A stretch of DNA of 11,937 nt from Tubiluchus corallicola (Eukaryota > Animalia > Priapulida). Shown piece by piece: positions 1 through 10,617 of the stretch. The stretch covers positions 1 to 11,937 of the forward strand of contig JAQGDQ010002170.1 of the NCBI GenBank assembly GCA_030141605.1. The letters are read 5' to 3'. Position 1 is the first letter of the stretch. Every line of letters begins with the position of its first letter. Position numbers and translations under genes: made by a program. The notes beneath the pieces are model-generated. The model saw nothing but the letters and a program-made list of their open reading frames with translations. It had not been told where the DNA came from and searched no databases.

Positions 1-211
1 GAATAGGATTTTTACTTATTCTTTATTATAATTTTTCGCCTAAATAAATAATGTAAATAATAAATAAAATAACATCACAGGACGTCTTAGTAACTCGCTA
101 TTGAGAAAATAATCTTTCGTTTCTTTGACTAGTTCAATTGTGACGTTTTTCAATGTATCCTGTAGCTTAAAATGATTTATTTTACGAAAGGCAGCCATTC
201 AATTTTTGCAG

Positions 212-318
212 GAATTCCAGGAGAGCACAGAGCATAAAGGGAAAATGCGAGTGCCAATGTAATTTACAGTTTCCTACCTTCCGGGAAGATTTGCAACGGT
301 GTATTAATAACATGGATG
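212..318 (+). CDS. Shavenoid-like type I membrane protein, internal exon A (NSRRAQSIKGKCECQCNLQFPTFREDLQRCINNMD)
   Basis: Acceptor ttttgcAG at 210-211, donor G|GTAATT at 319. Open 35-codon frame from 213, ending in phase 1 and compatible with exon B. The CxCxC...PTFREDL..C motif is recalled from shavenoid-family N-terminal domains. Not in the ORF track. Confidence 0.85.
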
Positions 319-391
319 GTAATTAATCGATTTTTTTGATTTAATTCAGCTGTTGTGATATTTCTTTTTCCGTCTTTGTTGGGTTATGAAA

Positions 392-496
392 TCTCTCTTT
401 TTCTCTCCTCTCTCTCTCTTTCTCTCTCTTTTCTCTCTCTCTCTCTCTTTCTCTCTGCCTCTGTCTATTTCTCTCTCTCTCTCTTTCTCTGTCTCT
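392..496. repeat. Imperfect (CT)n microsatellite
   Basis: Directly visible polypyrimidine CT run with interruptions. Confidence 0.95.
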
Positions 497-519
497 ATAT
501 AACCTTAAGCACTATGCCG

Positions 520-742
520 TATATATATATATATATAACTTATATAACATATATACATAAATATGATATGTATATAACATATATACACTGTATTAGCATG
601 TGACATATATATACATAAATTATATGTAACATATTTTTTATATATATATATAACATATTTACATATATAACATATATATATATATATATATATAAACATA
701 TATATATATATACATTTATGTTTTATATATATAGTATACATA

Positions 743-799
<57 letters not shown>

Positions 800-804
800 A
801 TATA
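520..804. repeat. Imperfect (TA)n microsatellite with ACAT interruptions
   Basis: Directly visible. It explains the IY-rich spurious ORFs 505..933 and 785..970. Confidence 0.95.
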
Positions 805-1401
805 TGTCTTTCTTTCAAATAAAGGGACCTGTTTATTGTATTTTGAAAATAAACGAGGTTCAATAAATAAATATCTCTTAATCACACGAACACGCATGAA
901 TTCACGTATGCACACTTTCACGCATGCACGCATTCATGCATGCACGCTTCCCTATCGTTCCATTAGTTGACTCCATTACTGTATTCTAATGGCTCGCTGC
1001 TTGCTGCTGGAGTGTAATGAACTTTTTTGATAAAAATGGGATACGTTATGGCAGACACTATAATGGCAACGTAACACTAATCAAACAGTTCAGACTTGCT
1101 GCAGTTTTTATGCCAAAATTTCATTGGCCATTGGTACAAATCCATGCAAGTGTCAAGCCATGAACTGATAAACTCTTTTGTTCAATTCAACAGACAGATA
1201 AGTTTGTTAAAACCCGGAGACTCGTTGAAAACTGTCACTCTACCCCATGGAAAAATGAGTCGTACTCACAGCAGTGTGATAAAAATGTTTGAAAATTTTG
1301 AGAAAAGCATAGAAAAAGTTCTTAAAATAAAAATAATAGCCAGTGGCTACTTAAGCAAAGATACTATGGCCTTTATTGAGACACACGACTGTAGAGCTTA
1401 G

Positions 1402-2054
1402 ATGTTCACACAACAATAACATGTTCACACAGCAATAACATGTTCACAGGAAAATAACATGTTCACACAACAATAACATGTTCACACAACAATAACATGT
1501 TCACAGAACAATAACATGTTCACACAACAATAACATGTTCGCACAACAATAACATGTTCACACAGCAATAACATGTTCACACAACAATAACATGTTCACA
1601 CAACAATAGTTCACACAACAATAACATGTTCACACAACAATAGTTCACACAACAATAACATGTTCACACAACAATAGTTCACACAACAATAACATGTTCG
1701 CACAACAATAACATATTCGCACAACAATAACATGTTCACACAACAATAGTTCACACAACAATAACATGTTCACACAACAATAGTTCACACAACAATAACA
1801 TGTTCACACAACAATAAAGTGTTCACACATTCAATAACATGTTCACACAACAATAACATGTTCACACAACAATAACATGTTTACACAACAATAACATGTT
1901 CACACAACAATAACATGTTCACACAACAATAACATGTTTACACAACAATAACATGTTCACACAACAATAACGTGTTCACATAACAATAACATGTTCACGC
2001 AACAATAACATGTTCACACAACAATAACGTGTTCACATAACAAAACATGTTCAC
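1402..2054. repeat. 19-bp minisatellite (ATGTTCACACAACAATAAC), about 35 units, including 15-bp deletion variants
   Basis: Directly visible tandem array. Each full unit junction contains the palindrome AACATGTT. Confidence 0.97.
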
Positions 2055-2298
2055 TTGATCAGTTACAGTCACAGAACTTATTTCTTGGTCAGTTACAGTC
2101 ACAGAACTTATTTGTTGGTCAGTTACAGTCACAGAACTTATTTCTTGGTCAGTTACAGTCACAGAACTTATTTCTTGGTCAGTTACAGTCACAGAACTTA
2201 TTTCTTGGTCAGTTACAGTCACAGAACTTATTTCTTGGTCAGTTACAGTCACAGAACTTATTTGTTGGTCAGTTACAGTCACAGAACTTATTTCTTGG
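2055..2298. repeat. 30-bp minisatellite (TTGGTCAGTTACAGTCACAGAACTTATTTC), about 8 copies
   Basis: Exact 30-bp period with very few substitutions. It abuts the 19-bp array directly. Confidence 0.97.
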
Positions 2299-2852
2299 AG
2301 ATGCAAGGCGTCCATTGTTAAATAATTTATGTTTTAAGCACACCAGCTAAGTTTACACTTTATCACATCCAAGAATATGACGGTACACGGTAAGCACGTG
2401 CCAATTGTTACTGTAATAGAGACAGTTCTTTTCGATACGGTACTTGCAACAGACGGTATTTTTCCCATGAGAGAGCTTTAGAATGTTACACATAGCTTGA
2501 CACGTGTTGGTAAGTCAACACATAGACTAGTAATGCCTAATGCTGATCCTTCTTAGCAGAGCTACAATCTAGCAAGAACCACAAAACCGTCTGAGAAAAA
2601 ATCCTGAACCAAATGAAACGCTTCCTATTCCCGTATACAGTTTTCCTTGAGGAAAATGCCTGGGGTTGTTTGGCAGGCAAAGCCACTCTAGGGCTAGATT
2701 TCTCTGCATTCACTATCAACTTACTAGCCAGATCTGGTTTTGCTTAACTTTGCTTTGCTGTACGCAACATGACCTTTATATGAAGAGGGAGTACTTAGTT
2801 TTGGACTGAATATCTTGTATAATTATCATGTTGATTTGAAACTGGACTAAAG

Positions 2853-3574
2853 TATGACCAGCTTTCTCTTCCAAAAACAAATATAATGAAACAGTCATCA
2901 AACTATAATGCTATTAAAATATGGTCATCAATTCCGCGTGAAATGAAAACTCTTAATCTTTATCAACTTAAAAAAAGCATCAAAGAATTACCTACTACAA
3001 CGGTATAATTAACTCACAATTTTACTCATCCTGATCTTAAGTTACTAACAAAACTTATTTTGTTCTAATGTACGTTATAACTGATGAAAATGTAATGTTA
3101 ATTGTCAATTGTTTCACTTATCTGGAGGAGGACTCGAAAGCTCAATGCTCCTTCCTCCTCCTCAGAGTAACTCGTTTTGATAACTCATGAAAATGTAATG
3201 TTAATTGTCAATTGTTTCACTTATCTGGAGGAGGACTCGAAAGCTCAATGCTCCTTCCTCCTCCTCACAGTAACTCGTTTAGATAACTCATGAAAATGTA
3301 ATGTTAATTGTCAATTGTTTCACTTATCTGGAGGAGGACTCGAAAGCTCAATGCTCCTTCCTCCTCCTCACAGTAACTCGTTTAGATAACTGATGAAAAT
3401 GTAATGTTAATTGTCAATTGTTTCACTTATCTGGAGGAGGACTCGAAAGCTCAATGCTCCTTCCTCCTCCTCACAGTAACTCGCATGGTTTATTTACTTT
3501 TTTTATGTAATAACAATTTGTGTGTATGTTTGTGTTGCTGTGGAATAAATTCATAATTCAGTTCATAATTCATA
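2853..3574 (+). mobile_element. 5'-truncated non-LTR retrotransposon (CR1/L2 group, Crack/Daphne-like): ORF2 C-terminus, 3' UTR and simple-repeat tail
   Basis: 2853-3008 translates as YDQLSLPKTNIMKQSSNYNAIKIWSSIPREMKTLNLYQLKKSIKE, then (after a 1-nt shift) YLLQRY. This resembles the P.T...KQS..Y...KIWN.LP..IK....FKK.LK.YLL terminus of CR1/L2-group ORF2 proteins. It is followed by a stem-loop-bearing UTR, AATAAA at 3544 and a TTCA/TTCATAA repeat tail. The 5' boundary is approximate. Confidence 0.72.
3077..3483. repeat. 103-bp tandem repeat, about 4 copies, each with a GGAGGAGGA...TCCTCCTCC stem-loop
   Basis: Units start at 3077, 3180, 3283 and 3386 and are nearly identical. Confidence 0.96.
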
Positions 3575-3605
3575 CTTTGCATTAATGGCGTCCTGGTTGT
3601 TGTAG

Positions 3606-3716
3606 ATTGTTGGTTGGCTGAGTTCGTAAACCGGGAAGACAGGTGGAGCATTCCTACAGTATTTCTACCTTTCCCAGGTCAAATCGTCTATCCAAGTCAT
3701 CGGATTTACTGGACAG
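3606..3716 (+). CDS. Shavenoid-like protein, exon B (DCWLAEFVNREDRWSIPTVFLPFPGQIVYPSHRIYWT)
   Basis: Acceptor ttgttgtAG at 3604-3605, donor CAG|GTAAAT. 111 nt, phase 1-1, no stops. IPxVFLPxxGQIxxPS matches the recalled shavenoid motif. Confidence 0.88.
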
Positions 3717-3810
3717 GTAAATTATTAGAACAAGCTAATCACCATTCTGGGCCTGCAGTAGAGAGAAAACATTTTTGTCAGCTGGAATTATAGTGCAACA
3801 TCACTATGTG

Positions 3811-4054
3811 TGCTTAGTAAACCATGCTAAGTGAACCATTGTTAGTGAACCATGCTTAGTGAACCATGCTTAGTGAACATTGCTTAGTGAACCATGCTTA
3901 GTGAACCATGCTTAGTGAACAATGCTTAGTTAACAATGCTTAGTGAACAATGCTTCGTACACAATGCTTAGTGAACCATGCTTAGTGAACAATGCTTGGT
4001 GAGCCATGCTTAGTGAACAATGCTTAGTGAACCATGCTTAGTGAACAATGCTTA
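3811..4054. repeat. 14-bp minisatellite (TGCTTAGTGAAC[C/A]A), about 17 copies
   Basis: Directly visible tandem array about 95 bp downstream of exon B. Confidence 0.96.
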
Positions 4055-4974
4055 TGTGCAATTAAAGCTCAATATATAATTGCTAATGTTTTTCATGGCG
4101 ATCGTCTATTTGTATAAAAAAGAATCAGTAAGCCTTTTCACAGTTCCAACGATTGAAGACGATCGTGAAAAGGTCAAAGGTTAAGTGTACCAGACAACAC
4201 ATTTGTGTTCACTTGACAACGCCTCGTAGCTCAAGCTATTGTAATAGTAACAGTTTTAACAGCTAGCTACAACCTTACCTAGTTCATTTTTTCTCGTTCC
4301 GAAGCAAGATCCTGCTAGTAAATCACTCTGCGCACAGACTAATGCATAATTAAGTAAAATCCACCTAAAACAACTCAAGTTACTGAATTGATACGGCAGA
4401 CGGCTTTGCTTTACCCAAACCTCATGCAACGGTTGTAGTTAAAACGCATTGTCTGAGTTCACTTAATTTTTTCCTATACGAACTGCGCGTGCGCACAAAG
4501 ACACTGCGAAAAGACTGGAACTGGGAAAAGACGAATTTACTTAAAAGGATATTTCTTATAAATGCAAATACATAGACGTAGATTGTTATGATCTATCTGA
4601 GTGATCTCTTCACTGTGATTTTTGGTGTATTTTGATATCTAAAAATACTACACTGATATTACAATTTAGATACTATATTATCTATCTTGCTACTATTTCG
4701 AAATATTATCGAAATAATATATTACCTTATACTATAATATATTATGTGCGTGTAACCAAAACCGTCCATAAGTCGGCATAGTTAAAACTACGTTATGATG
4801 CTTCAAAGTAGAGTGTACCAAAAATTTGATCAAATATCAAATTTTCGTATTTTATAAAAATCAACCGCTAAATATATTGAACTTTTATATTGTAGTATCA
4901 AATTATCAAGAAAATGTTCAAATAACACAAAAAATTTAATTTCAGACTTCCTTACCCACTTTTCTGTCTAGAAA

Positions 4975-5265
4975 CTAGTAATGCAATGGTAAAAAAATCC
5001 TATTGTCAAACTGCAGTAGTAGCTCATGGAAGCGGTCATTTTGCTTCAGGTTTTTTCTGCTGCTAAGTCCAGATCTTCTTCGGGCAGAGCCATCTACTGG
5101 ATTTAAGCATAACTTCAATGTGTTCTTGCAAAGTCCGTAGCAACCAACATTTGTACGGTTGCTAAGTGTTTTGCAGATACGCGACAAAAAACAATGGCTG
5201 ACTTTAACAGTGATTTTCTCAAGATTATGTTTTTCAGTGTGCATCCTGCATCTCAACTTCAACAT
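4975..5265 (-). mobile_element. Possible decayed piggyBac-like transposase C-terminal Cys-rich domain
   Basis: Minus-strand translation RCR(M/L)(H/C)TEK...RTNVGCYGLCKNTLKLCLNP...DRFHE resembles the CxxC...T...CxxC...LC...CF..H pattern. The adjacent 165-bp copies read RCRLC. No terminal repeats were found. Confidence 0.3.
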
Positions 5266-5671
5266 GGATTATCTCAGCTTAGAAATAACATAGAGCAATG
5301 AACTTGGTATCAAAATGATCCTCATGAAATGGAGATTCAGGAGACGTGACAAGAAACAATGGCTGACTTTAACAGTGATTTTCTCAAGATTATGTTTTTC
5401 AGTGCATAGCCTGCACCTCAACTTCAACATGGATTATCTCAGCTTAGAAATAACATAGAGCGATGAACTTGGTATCAAAATGATCCGCATGAAATGGAGA
5501 TTCAGGAGACGTGACAAAAAACAATGGCTAACTTTAACAGTGATTTTCTCAAGATTATGTTTTACAGTGCATAGCCTGCACCTCAACTTCAACGTGGATT
5601 ATCTCAGCTTAGAAATAACACAGAGTAATGAACTTGGTATCAAAATGATCCTCATGAAATGGAGATTCAGG
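5183..5671. repeat. 165-bp tandem repeat, about 3 copies
   Basis: Units start at 5183, 5348 and 5513 (GACAA.AAACAATGGCT...) with scattered substitutions. Confidence 0.95.
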
Positions 5672-5780
5672 ATATTTGAACAACTAGAAAGCTTAATTGC
5701 CGACTTATGGACGATTTTGCTATGCATATATATTTGCATTTTTGCATATGTATTTTGATAGTTGCTTTTAATATTTCTAG

Positions 5781-6025
5781 GAGCAAATGCCCCCTGCAGT
5801 ATACATGCAGAACAATTCCTTGTCGCATCAGGTTGGAGAGACATCTCCACACTAGGTAACCAGTCTGACTTGAAAAACCTTATATCTTCTCATTCTATTG
5901 GCCATTCTGAAAGGGGTGACGACATCGACAACGGCGACAGTGTTGCAGCGTCATCGTCAGAGCAAGAAAAGCAAAATTCAAATCACTTTGAAACAATAGT
6001 TCTGGATAACTCAACTTATGTGAAG
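5781..6025 (+). CDS. Shavenoid-like protein, exon C (GANAPCSIHAEQFLVASGWRDI...HFETIVLDNSTYVK)
   Basis: Acceptor atttctAG at 5779-5780, donor AAG|GTAAGA. 245 nt, phase 1-0. Lies within ORF 5762..6034 and carries N-glycosylation sequons NQS and NST. Confidence 0.88.
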
Positions 6026-6397
6026 GTAAGATGAAAAAATTGTTGAAAAATTTTGACGCGAAAATATGAAATTTAATTTAATATTTTTTATAGCAAAAAG
6101 AAATAATTAATGCAGTTAACATGTGAAGATGCTGCATTGAAATTTATCGGGTCGAATTTGTCTGACTTAGAACCAAAGCTACAATTTTCTGATAAGCTAA
6201 CGTTTGGCTCACTTGGTTTAAAATTGTGTCTTTTTTATTAAGGAAACGGCAATGGCGTCTCGTAGCTAAAATCAGAGGGGTGCTGCTTCAGAAATGCTTA
6301 GCCATTTATATAATATTGTCTAAAACATATGTAATGTATCAATGTTGTAAAGGTAATTGTAATTGTAATTGTAATCACATTTTCTATGTTTTTTCAG

Positions 6398-6518
6398 TGG
6401 ATGGGCTCTAATGCCAAGAGAGAAGGCTTGTTCGGGAAGCTGATCAGAATCGAACTCTCCTGTAATTACGGTATAACCATTAAGAAATGCATAGCGTTTC
6501 GAGCTGTCGGCAGGCCGA
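6398..6518 (+). CDS. Shavenoid-like protein, exon D (WMGSNAKREGLFGKLIRIELSCNYGITIKKCIAFRAVGRP)
   Basis: Acceptor ttttttcAG at 6396-6397, donor A|GTAAGT. 121 nt, phase 0-1. The W.G.....G.L....L.C....C.AFR..G.P pattern is recalled from the shavenoid ectodomain end. Confidence 0.88.
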
Positions 6519-6680
6519 GTAAGTTTGACTCATCCACTCAAATTAGTCCTGACTATTTTGACTAGCAGGACTTGTAATTTTAATTTTGTTAACACAGAGT
6601 TTGTCTTATTGAGCAATAGTTGGGATAATAATATAGTTATTAGTTTCCACCTGTATATATATCTAAGTGAAAAAACCGGT

Positions 6681-9600
6681 ATATAGTCTAATCAAGTGTT
6701 GTCTCCTCCACAAATGCTTCGCGAATGTTTAAATCATTTATCATTTCACTGTACCTCACACCTCCATATAGTCTAATCAAGTGTTGCCTCCTCCACAAAT
6801 GCTTAGTGAATGTTTAAATCATTTATCATTTCACTGTACCACACACCTCCATATAGTCTAATCAAGTGTTGCCTCCTCCACAAATGCTTAGTGAATGTTT
6901 AAATCATTTATCATTTCACTGTACCTCACACCTCCATATAGTCTAATCAAGTGTTGTCTCCTCCACAAATGCTTAGCGAATGTTTAAATCATTTATCATT
7001 TCACTGTACCACACACCTCCATATACTCTAATCAAGTGTTGCCTCCTCCACAAATGCTTAGTGAATGTTTAAATCATTTATCATTTCACTGTACCACACA
7101 CCTCCATGTAGTCTAATCAAGTGTTGTCTCCTCCACAAATGCTTAGCGAATGTTTAAATCATTTATCATTTCACTGTACCTCACACCTCCATATAGTCTA
7201 ATCAAGTGTTGCCTCCTCCACAAATGCTTAGTGAATGTTTAAATCATTTATCATTTCACTGTACCTCACACCTCCATATAGTCTAATCAAGTGTTGCCTC
7301 CTCCACAAATGCTTAGTGAATGTTTAAATCATTTATCATTTCACTGTACCACACATCTCCATGTAGTCTAATCAAGTGTTGCCTCCTCCACAAATGCTTA
7401 GTGAATGTTTAAATCATTTATCATTTCACTGTACCACACACCTCCATGTAGTCTAATCAAGTGTTGTCTCCTCCACAAATGCTTAGTGAATGTTTAAATC
7501 ATTTATCATTTCACTGTACCACACACCTCCATATAGTCTAATCAAGTGTTGTCTCCTCCACAAATGCTTAGTGAATGTTTAAAACATTTATCATTTCACT
7601 GTACCACACACCTCCATGTAGTCTAATCAAGTGTTGTCTCCTCCACAAATGCTTAGTGAATGTTTAAAACATTTATCATTTCACTGTACCACACACCTCC
7701 ATGTAGTCTAATCAAGTGTTGTCTCCTCCACAAATGCTTAGTGAATGTTTAAATCATTTATCATTTCACTGTACCACACACCTCCATATAGTCTAATCAA
7801 GTGTTGCCTCCTCCACAAATGCTTAGTGAATGTTTAAATCGTTTATCATTTCACTGTACCTCACACCTCCATATAGTCTAATCAAGTGTTGTCTCCTCCA
7901 CAAATGCTTAGCGAATGTTTAAATCATTTATCATTTCACTGTACCACACACCTCCATATACTCTAATCAAGTGTTGCCTCCTCCACAAATGCTTAGTGAA
8001 TGTTTAAATCATTTATCATTTCACTGTACCACACACCTCCATATAGTCTAATCAAGTGTTGCCTCCTCCACAAATGCTTAGCGAATGTTTAAATCATTTA
8101 TCATTTCACTGTACCACACACCTCCATATAGTCTAATCAAGTGTTGCCTCCTCCACAAATGCTTAGTGAATGTTTAAATCATTTATCATTTCACTGTACC
8201 ACACACCTCCATGTAGTCTAATCAAGTGTTGCCTCCTCCACAAATGCTTAGCGAATGTTTAAATCATTCATCATTTCACTGTACCTCACACCTCCATATA
8301 GTCTAATCAAGTGTTGCCTCCTCCACAAATGCTTAGTGAATGTTTAAATCATTTATCATTTCACTGTACCACACACCTCCATATAGTCTAATCAAGTGTT
8401 GTCTCCTCCACAAATGCTTAGTGAATGTTTAAATCATTTATCATTTCACTGTACCACACACCTCCATATAGTCTAATCAAGTGTTGCCTCCTCCACAAAT
8501 GCTTAGTGAATGTTTAAATCATTTATCATTTCACTGTACCACACATCTCCATGTAGTCTAATCAAGTGTTGCCTCCTCCACAAATGCTTAGTGAATGTTT
8601 AAATCATTTATCTTTTCACTGTACCTCACACCTCCATATAGTCTAATCAAGTGTTGTCTCCTCCACAAATGCTTAGTGAATGTTTAAAGCATTTATCATT
8701 TCACTGTACCTCACATCTCCATGTAGTCTAATCAAGTGTTGCCTCCTCCACAAATGCTTAGTGAATGTTTAAATCATTTATCATTTCACTGTACCTCACA
8801 CCTCCATATAGTCTAATCAAGTGTTGCCTCCTCCACAAATGCTTAGTGAATGTTTAAATCATTTATCATTTCACTGTACCTCACACCTCCATATAGTCTA
8901 ATCAAGTGTTGTCTCCTCCACAAATGCTTAGTGAATGTTTAAAACATTTATCATTTCACTGTACCTCACACCTCCATATAGTCTAATCAAGTGTTGTCTC
9001 CTCCACAAATGCTTAGTGAATGTTTAAATCATTTATCATTTCACTGTACCACACACCTCCATATAGTCTAATCAAGTGTTGTCTCCTCCACAAATGCTTA
9101 GTGAATGTTTAAATCATTTATCATTTCACTGTACCTCACATCTCCATGTAGTCTAATCAAGTCTTGCCTCCTCCACAAATGCTTAGTGAATGTTTAAATC
9201 ATTTATCATTTCACTGTACCTCACACCTCCATATAGTCTAATCAAGTGTTGCCTCCTCCACAAATGCTTAGTGAATGTTTAAATCATTTATCATTTCACT
9301 GTACCACACACCTCCATATACTCTAATCAAGTGTTGCCTCCTCCACAAATGCTTAGTGAATGTTTAAATCATTTATCATTTCACTGTACCACACATCTCC
9401 ATGTAGTCTAATCAAGTGTTGCCTCCTCCACAAATGCTTAGTGAATGTTTAAATCATTTATCTTTTCACTGTACCTCACACCTCCATATAGTCTAATCAA
9501 GTGTTGTCTCCTCCACAAATGCTTAGTGAATGTTTAAAGCATTTATCATTTCACTGTACCACACGCCTCCATATAGTCTAATCAAGTGTTGCCTCCTCCA

Positions 9601-10070
9601 CAAATGCTTAGTGAATGTTTAAAACATTTATCATTTCACTGTACCTCACACCTCCATATAGTCTAATCAAGTGTTGCCTCCTCCACAAATGCTTAGTGAA
9701 TGTTTAAATCATTTATCATTTCACTGTACCACACACCTCCATATAGTCTAATCAAGTGTTGTCTCCTCCACAAATGCTTAGTGAATGTTTAAAGCATTTA
9801 TCATTTCACTGTACCTCACATCTCCATGTAGTCTAATCAAGTGTTGCCTCCTCCACAAATGCTTAGTGAATGTTTAAAACATTTATCATTTCACTGTACC
9901 TCACACCTCCATATAGTCTAATCAAGTGTTGCCTCCTCCACAAATGCTTAGTGAATGTTTAAATCATTTATCATTTCACTGTACCACACACCTCCATATA
10001 GTCTAATCAAGTGTTGCCTCCTCCACAAATGCTTAGCGAATGTTTAAAACATTTATCATTTCTCTGTACC
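6681..10070. repeat. 85-bp satellite array, about 40 copies, in the intron between exons D and E
   Basis: Consensus ATATAGTCTAATCAAGTGTTG[C/T]CTCCTCCACAAATGCTTAGTGAATGTTTAAATCATTTATCATTTCACTGTACC[A/T]CACACCTCC. Unit starts at 6681, 6766, 6851 ... 9996 (=6681+39x85). Confidence 0.99.
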
Positions 10071-10366
10071 GACCATCAATTTACATTGAGTTAGTTTGTG
10101 ATTCGTTTTTGCAAACTTTAGTATAAAACATTGAACTTTTATATTATACAGGTCGTTTTGTGTAAATTGGTACTATTTGATTTTAGTTGTTCTTTTATTG
10201 CTAGATTGATTTATTGGTATTTAAAAGTCTTGCAAATATAACAGCTATTTTATTTACAAAGTTTTTTTAACCATACCCTGCAAATAGAGGGTCACTGTAT
10301 GTATATTATGTAAATATTTGTACGTGTGTATAATTTTAAATTTTAAATTTTAAATAAAAAAAAAAA

Positions 10367-10617
<251 letters not shown>

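Noticed and set aside
355-970. ORFs 355..603, 505..933 and 785..970
   Set aside because: They are translations of CT and TA microsatellites.
1096-1401. 101-aa ORF in intron 1
   Set aside because: No ATG start, no recognisable motif, and exons A and B already join in frame with contiguous family motifs.
1995-2321. ORFs encoding QEISSVTVTD or SYSHRTYFLV repeats
   Set aside because: They are by-products of a 30-bp unit without stops, are intronic and have no convincing splice signals.
2504-2531. Helitron-like 3' end (GTGTTGG-TAAG-TCAACAC hairpin then CTAG|T)
   Set aside because: The hairpin is short and not GC-rich, lies closer to CTAG than usual, and no 5' TC end can be defined. It needs multi-copy evidence.
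2537-2719. Minus-strand 60-aa ORF
   Set aside because: Short, with no recognisable domain. It is possibly a TE relic but this cannot be supported.
3077-3483. Hammerhead ribozyme in the 103-bp unit (CTGATGA ... CGAAA)
   Set aside because: The roughly 48 nt between the motifs do not close a stem II, stems I and III are not evident, and two of four copies read CTCATGA. The LINE 3'-UTR explanation fits better.
6681-10070. 85-bp array as a CRISPR array or tandem ncRNA (snoRNA/ribozyme) cluster
   Set aside because: There are no unique spacers and the context is a eukaryotic intron. No hammerhead core or paired C/D boxes were found on either strand.
6677-10071. Short inverted match at the satellite borders (CGGTATATAG vs CTCTGTACCG)
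   Set aside because: Only 8/10 identity, partly made of repeat-unit sequence, with no target-site duplication.
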